In this document: positions 9,903 through 18,495 of the stretch, piece after piece
Position numbering within the stretch: position 1 is the stretch's first letter
How the letters are laid out: every line of letters starts with the position of its first letter
Source: Limisphaerales bacterium
Lineage (GTDB): Bacteria; Verrucomicrobiota; Verrucomicrobiia; Limisphaerales; DSYF01
Length of the DNA: 64,000 nucleotides
Assembly: GCA_046290825.1 (NCBI GenBank)
Contig: JBKBTZ010000005.1
Coordinates: forward strand, 6,873 to 70,872
Direction: 5' to 3'
Position numbers and translations under genes: made by a program
Notes under the pieces: generated by a model
Told to the model about the DNA's origin: nothing
Seen by the model: the letters and a program-made list of their open reading frames with translations, nothing else
The model's database searches: none

Positions 9903-10084
9903 TCTCTCTAACTGTCGGCGACTAACCGTGGCTTGCTCCTGACTGTTCCCGACCGCCGGGTTTCAAATCATCACTGAACGAAGTTCACTTGAAGATTCAC
10001 CATGCCGGGTAAGCGACCAGCTATCTACCTGACGGGCGCGACAATGACAGGTTGGGCGGGGAACGCAAGCGTTGATTATGCCCG

Positions 10085-10546
10085 TCATTGCGGGCCGGAA
10101 TGGCCGCCAAAGCGCCGGGCCAGTTCCCTGCGCCGGAAGGCAAAAATGCGCTCCACGTCCCGCCGCACGAACCACCGGTTCACGAGCGCTCCGCCGGGCA
10201 CGGCGTAACGCACCACGTCCCGCGCCAGCGTGCCCCCATCCCGCGCGGCAAAGGTGTGCTCGTGAATCCACTGCCGGTAGGGACCGCGCAACTGCTCGTC
10301 CACGAACCGGTGGGGCGGCTCCCACTCGCGGATGAGGGTCCGCCAGCGCAAAGGCACGCCATGGACGCGCAACTTGTAGTCTATCAACGTCCCCGCCCGC
10401 ATCTCGATCGGGTCGGGGGTCAGCACCTGAAAATCCAGCCACGGCGGCGTGATGGCCTGGAGATTGCGCGCGTCAGCGAAGAACGGGAACACCGCCTCCA
10501 CGGGACGGGCCAGCCATTGTTCACACTCAAACGTGAATATCTTCAT
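10085..10546 (-). CDS. SRPBCC (START-like) family protein
   Basis: FFADARNLQAITPPWL, FVDEQLRGPYRQWIHEHTF. Confidence 0.9.
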   Translation of the reverse strand: MKIFTFECEQWLARPVEAVFPFFADARNLQAITPPWLDFQVLTPDPIEMRAGTLIDYKLRVHGVPLRWRTLIREWEPPHRFVDEQLRGPYRQWIHEHTFAARDGGTLARDVVRYAVPGGALVNRWFVRRDVERIFAFRRRELARRFGGHSGPQ

Positions 10547-10589
10547 CGCGGGAATTTGCGGTTGCGGCGGGATGTGTTAACCGTCCGCC

Positions 10590-10799
10590 ATGTCGAAATT
10601 CTTTTCCCCCAACTTGCAGCGCACCGGACGAATTCTCCGCGGGGTCGGCGGGGTCGCCCTGGTTTTGGGTGGCGTGGCGGCGCTGTTCTTTCTGTGGTGG
10701 CTGGGGCTGATCCTGCTGGCGTCGGGAGCCTTTGTGTTGTTCGAGGCCGCGCGGGGCTGGTGCCTGTTCCGCGCCTGCGGTATCCGCACCCGTTGGTGA
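10590..10799 (+). CDS. DUF2892/YgaP-like small membrane protein
   Basis: N...RILRG, two hydrophobic segments, GWC motif. Confidence 0.7.
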   Translation: MSKFFSPNLQRTGRILRGVGGVALVLGGVAALFFLWWLGLILLASGAFVLFEAARGWCLFRACGIRTRW

Positions 10800-10806
10800 G
10801 AGCGGC

Positions 10807-11739
10807 TCAGTCAGCCTGCCGTAATTCGTCCAAAGCGCCGCCCAGTTCGCTCAGGTCGGCAATCTGCCGTGCCCCAATCCGATTAAGGACTTCACGGTAG
10901 GCTTCGCAGGCCCGGCCTCCGGCCAGAATGCGAACCTCGGACGGCAGGTAGCGGCGCAAGCTGTTCAATTCACCGGCCAGATTCGGATCGTCCTCGGGAT
11001 AAACGATGCTCAGGGCCACCGCCCGGGCGCGGTTTTGGATGGCCGCCCCGGCGATTTCCGCCGCCGGCAGGTTGACGCCGAGGTAGGTCACCCGCCAGCC
11101 GAGGTTGGCCGCTGCCGCATGCACCATCACGGCACCCAGTTCGTGCAACTGCCCGGCCGGGGTGGCTACCAACAGGACCGGCGCGTTTTCCCCGGGAGCG
11201 AACTGCCGGGCCGTCCGCCCCAGAAATGTGCGCAGCGCCGCACTCAAAAAATGTTCGTGCGCCGCCGTGATCTCGCCCCGCCGCCACAACTCGCCCACTT
11301 CCTGGCTCAGCGGCGCAGCCACCCGGTTCAAAAATCCCATCTGTCCAAACTGCACCACAAACCGGTGCAACGACTCATCCAGCCCATTGGCGTCCAGCGC
11401 CCGGACGCGCTCCAAACATTCCGCCACCGCGTGAGTCGCCGGCACCGGGGCACGAGGCGTCCCCTCCGCGCGATGAACCAGTTCCCCGCCACCCGAGGGC
11501 GCGCCCATCAGGAGCTCGCGCAACTTCTCCGTTGTAAGCCGCGCGGCCTGGCTAATGTTGTGTCCGGCCAACGTGGCTTGGTGGAGCAGGTCCAGCCGCT
11601 CCACCTCCTCATCCGAATAAAGTCGGCGGTTGGTCTCAGTCCGGCTGGGTTGCACGGCCCCGTAGCGCTTTTCCCAAATGCGAATGACATGCGGGCTAAG
11701 ACCCGTGCGTTTGGAAACGGCTTTAATTCCGTGTTTCAT
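10807..11739 (-). CDS. carH: MerR-family B12-dependent photoreceptor/repressor (CarH/LitR)
   Basis: MerR HTH (IRIWEKRYG...RRLYS), W-x9-EH motif (WRRGEITAAHEH), B12-binding QLHELG and YLGVNLP; divergent from a carotenoid operon. Confidence 0.88.
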   Translation of the reverse strand: MKHGIKAVSKRTGLSPHVIRIWEKRYGAVQPSRTETNRRLYSDEEVERLDLLHQATLAGHNISQAARLTTEKLRELLMGAPSGGGELVHRAEGTPRAPVPATHAVAECLERVRALDANGLDESLHRFVVQFGQMGFLNRVAAPLSQEVGELWRRGEITAAHEHFLSAALRTFLGRTARQFAPGENAPVLLVATPAGQLHELGAVMVHAAAANLGWRVTYLGVNLPAAEIAGAAIQNRARAVALSIVYPEDDPNLAGELNSLRRYLPSEVRILAGGRACEAYREVLNRIGARQIADLSELGGALDELRQAD

Positions 11740-11758
11740 AATTTCGCGTCCTCTAAAA

Positions 11759-11882
11759 TAGACACATCCTAGACAAAACACAACCATTGTGTGGAATATA
11801 CCGAAATTCCCAAAAAACCTCGAAAATCCGCCCGCAAAATAAATTGAACAAACTCTTGACCAATATAGACAAATGCTATACA
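11759..11882. promoter_or_regulatory. Putative CarH operators (TnnACA-type direct repeats at ~11-bp period) in the divergent promoter region
   Basis: TAGACA at 11759 and 11770; TGAACA 11845, TTGACC 11856, TAGACA 11866, TATACA 11877; AT-rich spacer; TTGACC is -35-like. Confidence 0.75.
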
Positions 11883-11909
11883 AATCCGTTGTAATTCAGA
11901 CCAAGAGCC

Positions 11910-12680
11910 ATGACAACGTCGCCCCCAAATTCTGATTCACCGGTTGGCGTTCTCTTTGGCGCAACGGGGGGAATAGGCTCCGAACTGGCCCGTCGCCTCA
12001 CAACGGCGGGCTGGCGCCTGTCGCTGCATGCCCGCACGGAAGCCCCCCTGACCGCGTTGGCTCAGGAATTGTCGGCCACGAGTCGGGTGGCGGACGCGAC
12101 GGATCCCGCGGCCGTCGGCGCTGCCTTCCAATCGGCAATGGACCAATTCGGCCGCGTGGACGCGGTTGCCCACTGTGTCGGCTCGCTGCTGCTCAAGCCC
12201 GCCCACTCGACCAGCGATGCGGAATGGCAACAAACGATTTCCCAGAACCTGACCACGGCGTTCAACGTCGTCCGGGCAGCAGTCCCGGTGCTGCGCACGC
12301 GGGGCGGTTCGATTGTGCTTGTCTCGTCCGTTGCCGCGCGCCGGGGCCTGGCCAACCATGAAGCGATTGCCGCCGCCAAGGCTGGGATTATCGGGCTGAC
12401 CCTCGCCGCCGCCGCGTCCTACGCGCGTCAGCAAATCCGCGTCAACTGCGTGGCCCCCGGCCTGACCCGCACGCCGCTGGCCGCCCCGATTCTGCGCAGC
12501 GAATCCGCCCTCAAGTATTCCACCGCCCTCCATCCACTCGGCCGCATTGGCGAACCAGCCGATGTGGCCTCCGCCATCGCCTGGCTGATGCAGCCGGAAC
12601 AATCGTGGCTCACCGGTCAGGTGTTGGGCGTGGATGGCGGTCTCGTTTCCGTGCAACCCACCCTCGCCCTCGGAGCTTGA
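11910..12680 (+). CDS. SDR family NAD(P)-dependent oxidoreductase
   Basis: GATGGIG, NCVAPG, HPLGRIGEP, TGQVLGVDGG; catalytic YxxxK replaced by IAAAK. Confidence 0.9.
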   Translation: MTTSPPNSDSPVGVLFGATGGIGSELARRLTTAGWRLSLHARTEAPLTALAQELSATSRVADATDPAAVGAAFQSAMDQFGRVDAVAHCVGSLLLKPAHSTSDAEWQQTISQNLTTAFNVVRAAVPVLRTRGGSIVLVSSVAARRGLANHEAIAAAKAGIIGLTLAAAASYARQQIRVNCVAPGLTRTPLAAPILRSESALKYSTALHPLGRIGEPADVASAIAWLMQPEQSWLTGQVLGVDGGLVSVQPTLALGA

Positions 12681-12682
12681 AC

Positions 12683-12898
12683 ATGATTGCCACGCTCGAA
12701 ACTCACCTTCCGACCCGCCGCGCCGCGGCCCGCGTTCCGCTCACCCTCAAGCGGCGTGACGCCCGGGCGCAACGACACACGATCCGCGTCTTCGTGATGC
12801 CGGTGAGCCGGGAAGAGGCAGCGCCGGTCAAGAATCAGTTGCCCGTTCAATTCACCGAAACCAGTTTCATCCCGCGCATCCAAACCGCGCGCCTTTAA
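12683..12898 (+). CDS. Small hypothetical protein (71 aa) in the carotenoid operon
   Basis: ATG 2 bp after SDR stop, ends 9 bp before crtN. Confidence 0.5.
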   Translation: MIATLETHLPTRRAAARVPLTLKRRDARAQRHTIRVFVMPVSREEAAPVKNQLPVQFTETSFIPRIQTARL

Positions 12899-12907
12899 TT
12901 TTTCATC

Positions 12908-14443
12908 ATGTCCAAACACGTCATCATCATCGGCGCCGGTCCCGGCGGACTCGCCTCGGCCATGTTGCTCGCCGCCGCCGGCATGCGCGTCACCGTCATT
13001 GAACGCCTCCCCCATGTCGGCGGGCGCACCTCGACGATCGAGGCCAACGGCTACAAATTTGACCTCGGCCCCACCTTTTTCCTCTACCCGCGCGTGCTCA
13101 GCGAAATCTTCGCCGCCGCCGGGCGGGACATGCGGCAGGAGATCGAAATGGTCCGCCTCGATCCGCAATACCGCATCGAGTTCGGCGCGGGCGGGAAGAT
13201 TGACGCCACGCCAAATCCCGAGCGCATGGAACGGGAAATTGCCGCGCTGTCCCCCGCCGATGCCGCCGGCTTCCGCAAGTTCATCACCGAAAACCGCACC
13301 AAGCTCGCGCTCTTCGAGCCGTGCCTCGAACAGCCCTTCCTCGGCTGGCAGGACGTGTTGAACGTGCGCCTGCTCAAGATGCTGCCCATGCTGCATCCCA
13401 CCGAATCGGTGGACACCTACCTGAAGCGCTTCTTCCAGGACGACCGCGTCCGCCTCGCGTTCTGCTTTCAGTCGAAATACCTCGGCATGTCGCCGTTCCG
13501 CTGCCCGAGCCTGTTCTCGATTCTTAGCTTCCTCGAATACGAATACGGCGTCTGGCATCCGCTGGGGGGCTGCGGCGCGGTGTCCCAGGCGATGGCCCGC
13601 GTCTGCCGTGAAATGGGCGTCGAAATCTGCCTGGGCGAGTCGGTCGAAGAGATTCTTTTCGCCGGCAAAAAGGCCGTTGGCGTGCGCACCTCCGCCGGCA
13701 TCCGCCACGCGGATTCGGTGGTGGTGAACGCCGATTTCGCCCGCGCCATGGAACGCATGGTCCCCGACCGCCTGCGCCGGCGCTGGACCAACAAGAAGCT
13801 CGCCCAGAAGAAATACTCGTGCTCGACCTTCATGATGTATCTCGGCGTCGAGGGCACGTTCGACCTCCCGCACCACACCATCCACATCGCCGACGATTAC
13901 GTAAAAAACCTCGACGACATCGAGAACAAGCACGTCCTCAGCGAGGATCCGAGTTTTTACGTCCAGAATGCCTGCGTCACCGACCCCTCGCTCGCGCCCA
14001 AGGGCCACAGCGCGCTCTACGTGCTCGCACCCGTTTCGCACCAGCACCCGAACATTGACTGGAACCGCGAACGCGGCCCGTTCCGCGAACTCCTCTACCG
14101 CCAGATCGCCAAGGCCGGCTACGGCAACCTCGAGGGCCGCGTCCGCTACGAACGCATCATCACCCCCGCCGACTGGGACACGCGCTACGAAATTTACCGC
14201 GGGGCCACCTTCAACCTCGCCCACAGCCTGGATCAACTCCTGCACCTCCGCCCGCAGAACCGGTTCGAGGACCTGGACGCGGTTTACCTCGTCGGCGGCG
14301 GCACGCATCCCGGCAGCGGCCTGCCGGTCATTTTTGAATCGGCGCGCATCACCTCGCGCCTCCTCCTCCAAGACCTCGGCGTCGAACACGACCGCGAACG
14401 CTTCGAGCCACGCCGCGTCCTGCAACCCGCCACCGTCGCCTGA
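12908..14443 (+). CDS. crtN: Phytoene/diapophytoene desaturase family protein (CrtN/CrtI)
   Basis: GAGPGGL FAD motif, FDLGPTFF, QSKYLGMSP, VGGGTHPGSGLP. Confidence 0.8.
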   Translation: MSKHVIIIGAGPGGLASAMLLAAAGMRVTVIERLPHVGGRTSTIEANGYKFDLGPTFFLYPRVLSEIFAAAGRDMRQEIEMVRLDPQYRIEFGAGGKIDATPNPERMEREIAALSPADAAGFRKFITENRTKLALFEPCLEQPFLGWQDVLNVRLLKMLPMLHPTESVDTYLKRFFQDDRVRLAFCFQSKYLGMSPFRCPSLFSILSFLEYEYGVWHPLGGCGAVSQAMARVCREMGVEICLGESVEEILFAGKKAVGVRTSAGIRHADSVVVNADFARAMERMVPDRLRRRWTNKKLAQKKYSCSTFMMYLGVEGTFDLPHHTIHIADDYVKNLDDIENKHVLSEDPSFYVQNACVTDPSLAPKGHSALYVLAPVSHQHPNIDWNRERGPFRELLYRQIAKAGYGNLEGRVRYERIITPADWDTRYEIYRGATFNLAHSLDQLLHLRPQNRFEDLDAVYLVGGGTHPGSGLPVIFESARITSRLLLQDLGVEHDRERFEPRRVLQPATVA

Positions 14444-14445
14444 AC

Positions 14446-15945
14446 ATGGCCGCCCCCGTCACCATTCTGAACCCGCCCTCCGCGTCACCCGCGGAATCGG
14501 TGGATTCGTTGGTGGCAACGGCGCGACAGGCGGCCCTGCTCGCCCAAACCGGTTGGGCCGCCACGCCCGTGCGGGATCGCGTGGCGATTTTGCGTCGCGC
14601 CCGCCGTCTCATTGCCAGCCACGCGGAACAGCTTGCGGAAGCCTCCGCCGCCGCGCGCCGCCGGCCCGTGTTGGAATCCCTGACCGCCGAAGTCATCCCG
14701 CTCGCGGAGGCGTGCCGCTTCCTCGAACGCAACGCGGAACGCCTCCTCGCGCCCGGCCGTCTGGGCCGCCGCGGCCGCCCGCTCTGGTTGAATGGCACCG
14801 TCACGGAAATTCACCGTGAGCCGCTCGGCGTCGTGCTCATTATTGCGCCGTCGAATTACCCGCTTTTCCTGCCCGGCGTGCAGTTGCTGCAAGCCCTGGC
14901 CGCCGGGAACGCGGTCCTCCTCAAGCCCGGCGCCAACGGCACCGCGGCCGCGCAGACACTGGTCAACCTCCTCCATCACGCCGGACTCGATCACCGCCTC
15001 GCACAGGTGCTCCCCGAATCTCCGCGCGCCGCGCAGTCCGCCATCGCGGCCGGGGTCGCCAAAGTTTTCCTCACCGGCTCCGCCACCACGGGCGCGGCGG
15101 TTTACGCGGAACTGGCCCCGCGTCTCATCCCGGCCACGATGGAGCTGTCCGGCTGCGATGCCGTCCTCGTCCGCGCCGACGCCGACCTCGATCTGACCGC
15201 GCGGGCGCTGCGCTTCGGTCTGGAACTCAACAACGGCGCCACCTGCATCGCCCCGCGCCGCGTGTTTGTGCATCGCGCCGTCGCCTCGCAACTGGAAGGC
15301 CGCCTCGCCGCCCTGCCGGGAGCCGCCGCACCGCTCGAACTCGCGCTGCACGTCCGCCGCCACATTGACGACGCGCTGGCGCAGGGCGCGCACCTGATTC
15401 AAGGCCGGCTGCTTTCCGACCAGGCCTGCCTCCCGCCGCTCGTGATTGCGGGCGCCTCCACTTCAATGCGCCTGCTGCACGAGGACATTTTCGCGCCCGT
15501 CATGTCGCTCGTCACCGCCGAGGACGACCACGAGGCCGTGGCGATGGCGAACGACTGCCCTTATGCCCTCGGCGCGACCATCTTCAGCGCCGACGAAACC
15601 GCCGCCCGCGAACTGGCCGCCCGCCTCAACGCCGGCCTCGTCATCATCAATGATCTCATCGTGCCCAGCGCCGACCCCCGCGTGCCGTTTGGCGGGCGCG
15701 GACGCAGCGGCTTTGGCGTGACTCGCGGCGCGGATGGGCTGCTGGAAATGACCGCGCCCAAGGTTGTCACTGTCCGCCGGTCGCGTTTCCTGCCCCACCT
15801 TGACGCGCCCGGCGCGAACGACGCCGAGCTGTTCCGGCAATTTCTCGTGCTCCAGCATGGCACCGGCTTGAAAGCCCGCTGGCAGGCCCTGAAAACCATT
15901 CTCCGCCTCGCCCGCGCCCGTCGTCAAAACTCATCCAACCGTTAA
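14446..15945 (+). CDS. Aldehyde dehydrogenase (probable diapocarotenoid aldehyde dehydrogenase, AldH/CrtNc)
   Basis: APSNYP, FLTGS, MELSG, GATCIAP, EDIFAPV, PFGGRGRSGFG; lies between two crtI-family genes. Confidence 0.85.
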   Translation: MAAPVTILNPPSASPAESVDSLVATARQAALLAQTGWAATPVRDRVAILRRARRLIASHAEQLAEASAAARRRPVLESLTAEVIPLAEACRFLERNAERLLAPGRLGRRGRPLWLNGTVTEIHREPLGVVLIIAPSNYPLFLPGVQLLQALAAGNAVLLKPGANGTAAAQTLVNLLHHAGLDHRLAQVLPESPRAAQSAIAAGVAKVFLTGSATTGAAVYAELAPRLIPATMELSGCDAVLVRADADLDLTARALRFGLELNNGATCIAPRRVFVHRAVASQLEGRLAALPGAAAPLELALHVRRHIDDALAQGAHLIQGRLLSDQACLPPLVIAGASTSMRLLHEDIFAPVMSLVTAEDDHEAVAMANDCPYALGATIFSADETAARELAARLNAGLVIINDLIVPSADPRVPFGGRGRSGFGVTRGADGLLEMTAPKVVTVRRSRFLPHLDAPGANDAELFRQFLVLQHGTGLKARWQALKTILRLARARRQNSSNR

Positions 15946-15971
15946 CTTTTCAATCCTTCAACCAAACCACC

Positions 15972-17552
15972 ATGAAACAACACCCCATCGGCATCATCGG
16001 TTCCGGGCTGGGCGGTCTTGCCGCCGCCTGCACCCTCGCGGCGCGCGGCCATCGCGTCATCGTCTTCGAGAAAAACCCCTGGCTCGGCGGCAAGGCCGCG
16101 CAACTGGACCGCGCCGGCTACCGATTCGACATGGGGCCGACCATCCTCACGCTGCCCTCGGTGCTGCGCCGCATCTTCGCGGAGGCCGACCGCCGGTTGG
16201 AGGATTACCTCGAACTCGTCCGGCTCGACCCGCAATGGCGCAGCTTCTTCCAGGACGGCTCCGTGCTGGACCTCTGGCAGAACGTGCCGCAGATGACCGC
16301 CGAACTGGCGAAGTTTTCGCCCGACCCGCGCACCGGCCCCGGTTACGCGCGGTTCATTGAGTTGAGCGAACGCCTCGACCGCATCTCGAACAAATTCTTC
16401 TTTTACAAATCCGTTGGCGGGCTGGGCGACATGTTCAACCTCTCCAACACCTTCAGCGCCTCGACGCTGAGTGACGTGCTCGCGATGCGAATGCACCGCA
16501 CCGTGGCAAGCACCATCCGCTCGTTTGTGCCCGACGCCCGCGTGTCGCAGATGCTCGACCATTTCACGCAATACGTCGGCTCCTCGCCCTACGCCTCGCC
16601 CGCCGTGCTGTGCGGGATCGCGCACATGCAGACCAACGAGGGCGTCTGGTATCCGATGGGCGGCACCCGCGCCGTCCCGCTCGCCCTGGCCCGCCTGGCC
16701 CGCGAACTCGGCGTGGAATTCCGCCTCAACACCAGCATCGAACGCATCAACGTCGAATCCGGCGAGGTGCGCGGCGTCATCACCGGCACCGGCGAAACGG
16801 TGCCGCTCTCGGCGCTCGTCTCCAACAGCGACTCGGTCCGCACCCACAAGGAACTGCTCGGCGGCCAGCCAGCCGAGCGCGCGTTCCTCAACCGCCGCCA
16901 TTACGAGGCCGCCTGCTCCGGCGTCGTGCTCTACCTCGGCCTCAACCGGCGTTACGAGCACCTCGCCCATCACAACTTCGTCTTCAGCCGCGACCCGCAT
17001 GAGGAATTTGACTTCATTTACAACCGCGGCGAGCCCGCGCCCGATCCGACCTGTTACCTCGCCGCGCCCGCCCAGACCGAAGCGGCGGTCGCCCCGGCCG
17101 GCGGCGACGCGCTCTACGTGCTCGTCCACACGCCGTATCTGCGCCCGCATCACGACTGGCGGCGGATGCTCCCCGCCTATCGCCGGACCATCCTCGAAAA
17201 GCTCAAGACCACCGGCGGCATGAAAGACATCGAGGAGCGCATCGTCTGCGAGGACGTCCTCACGCCGCAGGACATCAACGACCGCTACCGCGTGCTGAAC
17301 GGAGCCATCTACGGCCTCGCCAGCCACGGCAAATTGCTGGGCGCGTTCAAGCCCGCCAATCACAGCCCCGACGTGCGCGGGCTTTACCTGGCCGGCGGCT
17401 CCGCGCATCCCGGCCCCGGCATGCCGATGGTGATGATGTCGGGCTGGATCGCCGCCGATCGGTTGGACCGCGACGGCGTCACCGAACCCGGCAACAAAAA
17501 GCAGCAGCAACCCGCCACCGAGCCGGCCCCCGAACTCGCCGCCGCCGCATGA
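15972..17552 (+). CDS. crtP: CrtI-family oxidoreductase, probable diapolycopene oxygenase (CrtP/CrtNb)
   Basis: GSGLGGL, FDMGPTILT, HFTQYVGSSP, GGSAHPGPGMPMV. Confidence 0.75.
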   Translation: MKQHPIGIIGSGLGGLAAACTLAARGHRVIVFEKNPWLGGKAAQLDRAGYRFDMGPTILTLPSVLRRIFAEADRRLEDYLELVRLDPQWRSFFQDGSVLDLWQNVPQMTAELAKFSPDPRTGPGYARFIELSERLDRISNKFFFYKSVGGLGDMFNLSNTFSASTLSDVLAMRMHRTVASTIRSFVPDARVSQMLDHFTQYVGSSPYASPAVLCGIAHMQTNEGVWYPMGGTRAVPLALARLARELGVEFRLNTSIERINVESGEVRGVITGTGETVPLSALVSNSDSVRTHKELLGGQPAERAFLNRRHYEAACSGVVLYLGLNRRYEHLAHHNFVFSRDPHEEFDFIYNRGEPAPDPTCYLAAPAQTEAAVAPAGGDALYVLVHTPYLRPHHDWRRMLPAYRRTILEKLKTTGGMKDIEERIVCEDVLTPQDINDRYRVLNGAIYGLASHGKLLGAFKPANHSPDVRGLYLAGGSAHPGPGMPMVMMSGWIAADRLDRDGVTEPGNKKQQQPATEPAPELAAAA

Positions 17553-17559
17553 CGTCGCC

Positions 17560-18495
17560 ATGAACCTCACCGCGCTCACGCCGTCCGTCTCCGCCGCCCA
17601 CCGGTCGGCGACGGACGGCGCGCGCCGGACCCCGGAAGTTGCCGCGCCCAACCCCGCCATCCCCGAACCGTTGCGGAAAGATTCCGACGCTGGAAGTTCA
17701 CGCAGCACGCAGCACGCAGCACTCCCCCCCATTTCCCCCCGCCTCCTCCGCGCCTTCACCGCCTACTCTCGCTGGTATGTGGGCCGCCACTTCCACGCCG
17801 TCCGCGTGTGCGAGACCGGCCTCCCGCCGAAGGTTCACGGCCTGCCGATGGTTCTCTACGTCAACCACGCGGCCTGGTGGGATCCACTCGCGTGCCTGCT
17901 GTTGCAGGACGAGTTCTTCCGCGACTGCCGCGCCTTCGCGCCGATTGACGCCCGGGCGCTGCGCCAATATCGCTTCTTTGCCAAGCTGGGTTTCTTTGGC
18001 GTGGAACAGGATTCCCCGCGCGGAGCGGTGAGTTTTCTCCGGCACGCCACGGCCATCCTGCAACACTCCGACACCGCGTTGTGGCTGACGCCGCAGGGCC
18101 GCTTTGCCGATGCCCGCGAACGGCCCGTCCGTTTCAAACCCGGTCTCGGCCACCTGCCGGAGCGCGTTGGCCGGGCGGTGTTTGTGCCGGTCGCGCTCGA
18201 ATACACCTTCTGGGAGGAACGCAAACCCGAACTGCTCGTCCGCTTTGGCGAGGCGGAAATTCTGGGGCGCGAGGTCGGCCTGCCGCCCACGGAAAAGAAC
18301 TGGACCCGCCATTTCGAGCAACGCCTCGAAGCAACGCAGACCGCCCTGGCGGCCGAATCGCAGGCGCGAAATCCGGCGCGGTTCCGCTGCATGCTGCGGT
18401 CGGGTTCCGGCGTGGGATTCTTCTACGACGCCTGGCGTCGCTGGCGCGCCCGGTTGCGCGGCGAACGCTTCACCTCCGAACATGGCCGCCTATGA
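17560..18495 (+). CDS. Lysophospholipid acyltransferase family protein (probable carotenoid acyltransferase)
   Basis: NHAAWWD (HxxxxD), TPQGRF; start uncertain. Confidence 0.85.
   Translation: MNLTALTPSVSAAHRSATDGARRTPEVAAPNPAIPEPLRKDSDAGSSRSTQHAALPPISPRLLRAFTAYSRWYVGRHFHAVRVCETGLPPKVHGLPMVLYVNHAAWWDPLACLLLQDEFFRDCRAFAPIDARALRQYRFFAKLGFFGVEQDSPRGAVSFLRHATAILQHSDTALWLTPQGRFADARERPVRFKPGLGHLPERVGRAVFVPVALEYTFWEERKPELLVRFGEAEILGREVGLPPTEKNWTRHFEQRLEATQTALAAESQARNPARFRCMLRSGSGVGFFYDAWRRWRARLRGERFTSEHGRL

Noticed and set aside
11740-11883. N-terminal extension of CarH in the ORF track (358 aa)
   Set aside because: The extension runs through the AT-rich operator/promoter region; the MerR domain begins at the ATG at 11739.
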